DNA of 64,000 bases from Candidatus Latescibacterota bacterium. Its GTDB lineage: Bacteria > Latescibacterota > UBA2968 > UBA8231. The DNA is taken from positions 800,001 to 864,000 of the forward strand of contig OZ242005.1 in assembly GCA_965204725.1 (NCBI GenBank), given 5' to 3'. The notes beneath the pieces were generated by a model. That model ran no database searches, was not told where the DNA came from, and worked only from the letters and a program-made list of their open reading frames with translations. The translations under genes and the position numbers were made by a program. Shown piece by piece: positions 59,272 to 64,000 of the stretch; the stretch's first letter is position 1, and each line of letters opens with the position of its first letter.

Positions 59272-61847
59272 ATGATCCCCCGCGAATGCAAACGTCTAGC
59301 TGAAGTTGATTTTCCCATTGCTGAGGTTTCTAAGCATGCGGCGCGGGAGAAGTCGATTCGGCATGGGCATCCGAGTACGTTGCACTTGTGGTGGGCGCGG
59401 CGGCCGTTGGCCTCGTCGCGGGCGGTGTTGCTGGCGTTGCTGCTGCCAGACCCGTGCGACGCGCACTGCCCGGAGGGCTTTAAGCAGCAAGCGCGGAACA
59501 TTCTGCGCGAGGTGCGGCAACCACCGGCGAATGATGCGGGACTGCGGCAGGGGTTGCTGGCGTTCATCGCCAACTTTGCCAACTGGAAGAATGCGGCGGA
59601 TCGCACCCATCTCAACGTGAGCCGGGCGCTGGTGCAAGCGGCGCATGGCGAGGAGCCGCCGCTCGTGGTCGATCCGTTTGCCGGCGGCGGGTCGATTCCG
59701 CTGGAGGCGTTGCGGCTGGGGTGCGAGGCGTTTGCCAGCGATCTAAATCCGGTGGCGTGTCTGATTCTCAAGGTGATGCTGGAGGATATTCCGCGGCACG
59801 GGCCGGGGCTGGCCGAGGAGTTGCGTCGGGTCGGCGGCGAAATTAAGCGGCAGGCCGAGCGGGAGTTGGCCGATCTATATCCCAAGGACGCGGACGGGGC
59901 CACGCCGATTGCCTATTTGTGGGCGCGCACGGTGCGTTGCGAAGCGCCCAACTGCGGCGCGGAGATTCCCCTGATGCGTTCGTTTTGGTTGTGCAAGAAG
60001 GCCAAGCGCAAGCGGGCGTTGCGGCATCGAGTGGAGCGTGGCGAGGGGGCGGCACCGAGCGTCGAGTTTGAGGTGGTTGAGCCGCAGGCGGATAGAGAGG
60101 TGCGCGGCGGCACGGTGGCGCGAGCGCGGGCTACGTGTTTGTGTTGCGGCGTGGTGCTGCCGCCGGAGCGGGTGCGGGCGCAGCTTGCGGCTCAACGGGG
60201 CGGCGCGGATGTGGTTTTTGACGCGGAGGGACAGCGGACGGGTGGGGCGCGGATGACGGCGGTGGTGACGTTGCGGCCCGGCGAGACGGGGCGGCATTAT
60301 CGGCTGCCGACGGACGCGGATTATGCGGCGGTGCGAAAGGCGCAGGAGCGGGTGGCGCAGGTTCTGGAGGAATGGGAACGAGGCGGGCGGCAGGGGCTTT
60401 GCCCGGTGCCGGATGAGCCGTTGCCGCCGATCGGGACGCTGGGCTTTCGTGTGCAGCGATATGGCATGATGCAGTGGGGGGATTTATTTACGGCGCGGCA
60501 GAAGGTGGCGTTGGTGGCGTTGGGAAAGTTGACGAAGAATTCATCAAGCGAGCAGCATATTATTCTCTTTCTTGCGTTGGCAATTTCGCGTTTTATGGAT
60601 GATTTCTCATCGCTTGTGCGTTGGATGGATAGAGAGACGCCTGCCGCAACATACACCCTACAGGCACTGCCTATAAAATGGGATTTTTGTGAGATTGACC
60701 CGTTCGACAAGGCGTCATGGAGTCTGACAAGTTCGATAGATTGGGTAGCAGCTCCGTCGTCTTTGCCCACAAAACGACGGAAGGATGGGAAGCGTTGCTC
60801 TCCGGCATGATTCGCGGCGGCTGGACGATTACCGGCTCTTGGCCGATCGCTACAGAGAGGCCAAGTCGCCCACGCGCCCGCGATTCCGCCGCCCTCGCCA
60901 CCAGCGTCCACCTCATTTGCCGCCCCCGCCCCGAAGACGCCCCCATCGGCGATTGGGCCGATGTCCTGCGCGAACTGCCAACCCGCGTCGCCGAGTGGAT
61001 CGACCGCTTGCAAGCCGAAGGCATCCGCGGTGCCGATCTGGTCTTCGCCTGCATCGGCCCGGCCCTCGAAATTTTCAGCCGCTACCGCGCCGTCGAAACC
61101 GCCGAAGGCGACATAATCGGCCTGCCCGATTATCTGGAGAAAGTCTGGGAGGTCGTCGGCCGCGCCGCCCTGCAACAAGTGCTCGGCACGGCCGAGGCGC
61201 AAACGCACGGCGCATTGGAAGCGGACGCCCGCCTGACCGCCCTCTTCCTGTGGACGCTCCAGAGCACAACCCCTGTTGCAGAGAATCAGGAACAAGACGA
61301 CGAGGCCGACGAAGAAGCCGTCGCCAAAGCCGCGGCCACGGGATTCGCGCTCCCCTTCGACGTCGTGCGCCGCTTCGCCCAGCCCATGGGCATTGACCTC
61401 GCCGCCCAAACCGACCGCATCATCGGCCAAGAAAAGGGCGTCGTCCGCCTCCTACCCGTAGCCGAGCGCGCCAAAAAGCTCTTCGGCGAAGACGGCGCGG
61501 CCGCCGCGGCCACTTACCTCGAAAGCGGAGCCAACGCGCAACAGACGCTATTCCCCGCCTATCAGGAAGGCGCACCCACCCTCGTCTGGGAGCCTCCACC
61601 GCGCTACGATGAATCCCCCGACGCCCCCCTTTCCGCCACTCTCGGCGACACCACCCTCGACCGCGTCCACACCGCCATGCTACTCCAATCCAGCGGCCAC
61701 GCCACCGCCCTGCGGACGCTAATCAGCGCCGAGCAAGATCGCGGCCCCGACTTCCTCCGCCTTGCCAACGCCCTATCCGCCCTCTACCCTCAAGGCTCCC
61801 CCGAAAAACGCCTCCTCGACGCCATGCTGCTGGCGGTGCCGAGGTGA
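59272..61847 (+). pseudogene. DUF1156 adenine DNA methylase with Zn ribbon, internal deletion/frameshift at about 60750
   Basis: LHLWWARRPL, DPFAGGGSIPLEA, DLNPVA, ARTVRC..PNCG; second frame VVFAHKTTEGWE, GSWPI, GADL; no DPPY motif in either part. Confidence 0.85.
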
Positions 61848-61989
61848 CGCGCTATTCAGAGATCAGGCGTACAACGGAGATTTGCCATAGGAGGTTGACG
61901 CAAAGTAAGAATTCTGGTTGAGTACTCTAAAAATCGAATCATACAAGGAGGCAACATGAATAGAATTCCAGAAAGGAGAGGTCCACTCC

Positions 61990-62883
61990 ATGGCCGATGA
62001 CATCACCGCACAGCCGGTCCCACAAAAGAATCCAGATACGAGCGATTCAATCGCGGTCGAGTGGCTTAATTCCAAGCTCGCTGAAATTGAGAAGCATACC
62101 TGTATGGATGCGCTGACAATTTTCGGTCCGATTATGGAGTCAGTCGATCACCGCGTTAGGTTGGCGATCGAAAGGGTCCCGAAACGCCGCGAAGGTTCGC
62201 TCGTGATCATTGATACAACTGGTGGCATTGTCGAGGTCGCCGAACGCATTGTTACCACGCTCAGGCATTACTACAAAGAGGTGAAGTTTCTCATTCCCGA
62301 TAAGGCGATGTCGGCGGGGACGGTGCTCGTGATGTCTGGGGACGCAATTTTGATGGATTACTTTTCTTGTTTGGGGCCGGTTGATCCCCAGTTATATATA
62401 GAAGACAAACCAATCCCAATATCGGTTCTTTCTTATCTTGAGCAATACGAACGCTTCGTCAAAAAAGCCGAAGAAGGCACCCTGACAAGTGAGGACTTGG
62501 TGCTACTTCAGAAACTTGATGCTGCTGATTTGCGTCAATACGAACTGGCAGCCGAGCTATCAGTTCGACTCATTCAACATTGGCTTGTAAAGTACAAATT
62601 CAAGGATTGGTCAACACACAGTTCTACAGGGAAAACAGTTACCCAAGAAGAAAAGGAGAAGCGTGCGGAAGAAATTGCCCAAGCACTTAACGATCAAGAA
62701 AGATGGGGCACTCATGGACGTGGAATTAACCGAGATGTTCTTGCTGAATTGAAGCTCAAAATTGATGACTTGGAAGCCGATCCTACGTTGAGCAACTTGA
62801 TCAAGGAATACTTCTGGTTTTTCGGGGATCTTGCATTCAAGGAAGAAGCAAATAGTCTAGTCCATAACCGTTATTTCCCCTAA
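61990..62883 (+). CDS. SDH-family ClpP-fold serine protease
   Basis: DTTGG, IPDKAMSAGT, LGPVDPQ, THGRGI; low GC. Confidence 0.85.
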   Translation: MADDITAQPVPQKNPDTSDSIAVEWLNSKLAEIEKHTCMDALTIFGPIMESVDHRVRLAIERVPKRREGSLVIIDTTGGIVEVAERIVTTLRHYYKEVKFLIPDKAMSAGTVLVMSGDAILMDYFSCLGPVDPQLYIEDKPIPISVLSYLEQYERFVKKAEEGTLTSEDLVLLQKLDAADLRQYELAAELSVRLIQHWLVKYKFKDWSTHSSTGKTVTQEEKEKRAEEIAQALNDQERWGTHGRGINRDVLAELKLKIDDLEADPTLSNLIKEYFWFFGDLAFKEEANSLVHNRYFP

Positions 62884-63807
62884 GAAGCCTTTTTAAAACT
62901 CCTTTTTTGCTTGGATTTGACGTAGGCGTACTCACCGCACCCCTTCAGGTTTCGCCTAAGAACCCTGAACGAAAGGTCTCCGATGAGTACGCCATATCAA
63001 TATCCGACCGACCTAACAGACGCGCAATGGCAGCGGCTGTCTCCCTTCTTGCCCTCGCGTCGTTGGCGTCGTGGGGGTCCGGGTCGTCCGCCCCGGACTC
63101 TACGTTTGGTGCTCAATGGGATCCTCTATCGGGCTAAAACCGGCTGTCCGTGGCCGATGCTGCCGCCGACGTTTGGGCCGTGGCAAACAGTGTATGGATA
63201 CTTCAATCGCTGGCGGCGAGACGGGCACTGGCCCCGGATACTGGACGCCTTGACCCGCCAACAGCGCACCCAACAAGGCCGCCGGCCAACCCCGTCGGCC
63301 GGCGGCATCGACGCCCAGAGTGTTAAGACCGCAACCCAAGGCCGAGCCATCGGCTACGACGCCGGGAAACGGGTCAAAGGACGCAAACGCCACCTGTTAG
63401 TCGATAGCCAAGGATCGATCCTGCAATGTAAGGTCACCGCCGCCGATGTCTCCGACGCCGACGGCCTAAAGGCCCTGTTGAGGGACTATTTCTCCGCCGG
63501 CGTCCAACGGCTGAGAAGAGTATGGGTCGATGCCGGTTACCGAGGGGAGGCGCTCAACGCATGGGTCGCCAACTTAAAACAAACCTATAAAATCCGATTG
63601 GACGTCCGTGAAAAACCACGTCCAGGCTTTACCCTACTCAAGCGCCGATGGGTCGTCGAACGAACCTTTGCTTGGTTGGGTAACTATCGTATCCACGCCA
63701 AAGACTATGAAACCTTAACCGACAATAGCCAAGCCTTTATACATATCGTTATGATCCATCTGTTGCTCAAGCGAAAAAACAAAGAAAAAGAGTTTTAAAA
63801 AGGCTTC
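62884..63807 (+). mobile_element. IS5-family element (IS1031-like), 924 bp
   Basis: Perfect 18-bp inverted repeats GAAGCCTTTTTAAAACTC (62884-62901, 63790-63807) flanked by a TAA duplication (62881-83, 63808-10). Confidence 0.95.
62983..63798 (+). CDS. IS5-family DDE transposase
   Basis: YPTDLTDAQW, TGCPW..LP, IDAQSVK, GYDAGKRVKGRKRH, VDAGY, RWVVERTFAWL. Confidence 0.95.
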   Translation: MSTPYQYPTDLTDAQWQRLSPFLPSRRWRRGGPGRPPRTLRLVLNGILYRAKTGCPWPMLPPTFGPWQTVYGYFNRWRRDGHWPRILDALTRQQRTQQGRRPTPSAGGIDAQSVKTATQGRAIGYDAGKRVKGRKRHLLVDSQGSILQCKVTAADVSDADGLKALLRDYFSAGVQRLRRVWVDAGYRGEALNAWVANLKQTYKIRLDVREKPRPGFTLLKRRWVVERTFAWLGNYRIHAKDYETLTDNSQAFIHIVMIHLLLKRKNKEKEF

Positions 63808-63821
63808 TAAAAGGAGGCCCC

Positions 63822-64000
63822 ATGCCAAGAAAAGACCTACTTATGCCCATGCCCACCGAAGAGCAGATCGCAAAGAACCCGGCGGTTGATCCTAAGATCG
63901 TCAAAGAGGCACAGCAAATGCGCCGAGAGCTCGAAGAATTGGGAGTGTGGGAGGATAGCGGCAGTCGGGTGAGTAATCCCTTTGAAACCAAGCCGACCTC
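63822..64000 (+). CDS. Small hypothetical protein (runs off the window)
   Basis: AAGGAGG RBS, then MPRKDLLMPMPTEEQIAKNPAVDPKIVKEAQQMRRELEELGV, open to the window end. Confidence 0.65.
   Translation, partial: MPRKDLLMPMPTEEQIAKNPAVDPKIVKEAQQMRRELEELGVWEDSGSRVSNPFETKPT

Noticed and set aside
50911-61847. BREX, DISARM or integron assignment
   Set aside because: No PglZ, BrxC, DrmA/B, integrase or attC-like sites were seen; the scaffold fits an SNF2 + DUF1156 locus.

Overview
GC-rich bacterial DNA (roughly 60-65% GC, estimated by eye). Three CRTAC1/FG-GAP proteins, a FlgD-Ig secreted protein, two DUF6785-like transporters and several aldo/keto reductases suggest a Latescibacterota/Gemmatimonadota-like organism (inference). 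The core-like stretches contain hydrolases, oxidoreductases, a peptide/nickel-family ABC operon and a four-gene envelope operon of unknown function (10.7-20.2 kb). They are interrupted by small low-GC islands: an intact ApaLI-like type II R-M pair, a HicA/HicB fusion remnant, a VapBC module bounded by a 27-bp direct repeat, and an MvaI-like N4C methylase with a truncated endonuclease. From about 50.9 kb there is a defence hotspot built on a decayed SNF2-helicase/DUF1156-methylase scaffold. It holds a tandemly duplicated unit (helicase tail, PHP-ATPase, AlbA/Schlafen-like gene) whose AlbA copies have near-identical ends but divergent cores. MNT-HEPN modules, an SDH/ClpP-fold protease and a complete IS5 follow. 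Across the window CCWGG is strongly depleted while CCAAG/CTTGG/CCTAG/CTAGG are common, and I saw no GTGCAC. No rRNA, tRNA or CRISPR array was seen. Family names come from recalled motifs, not database searches.
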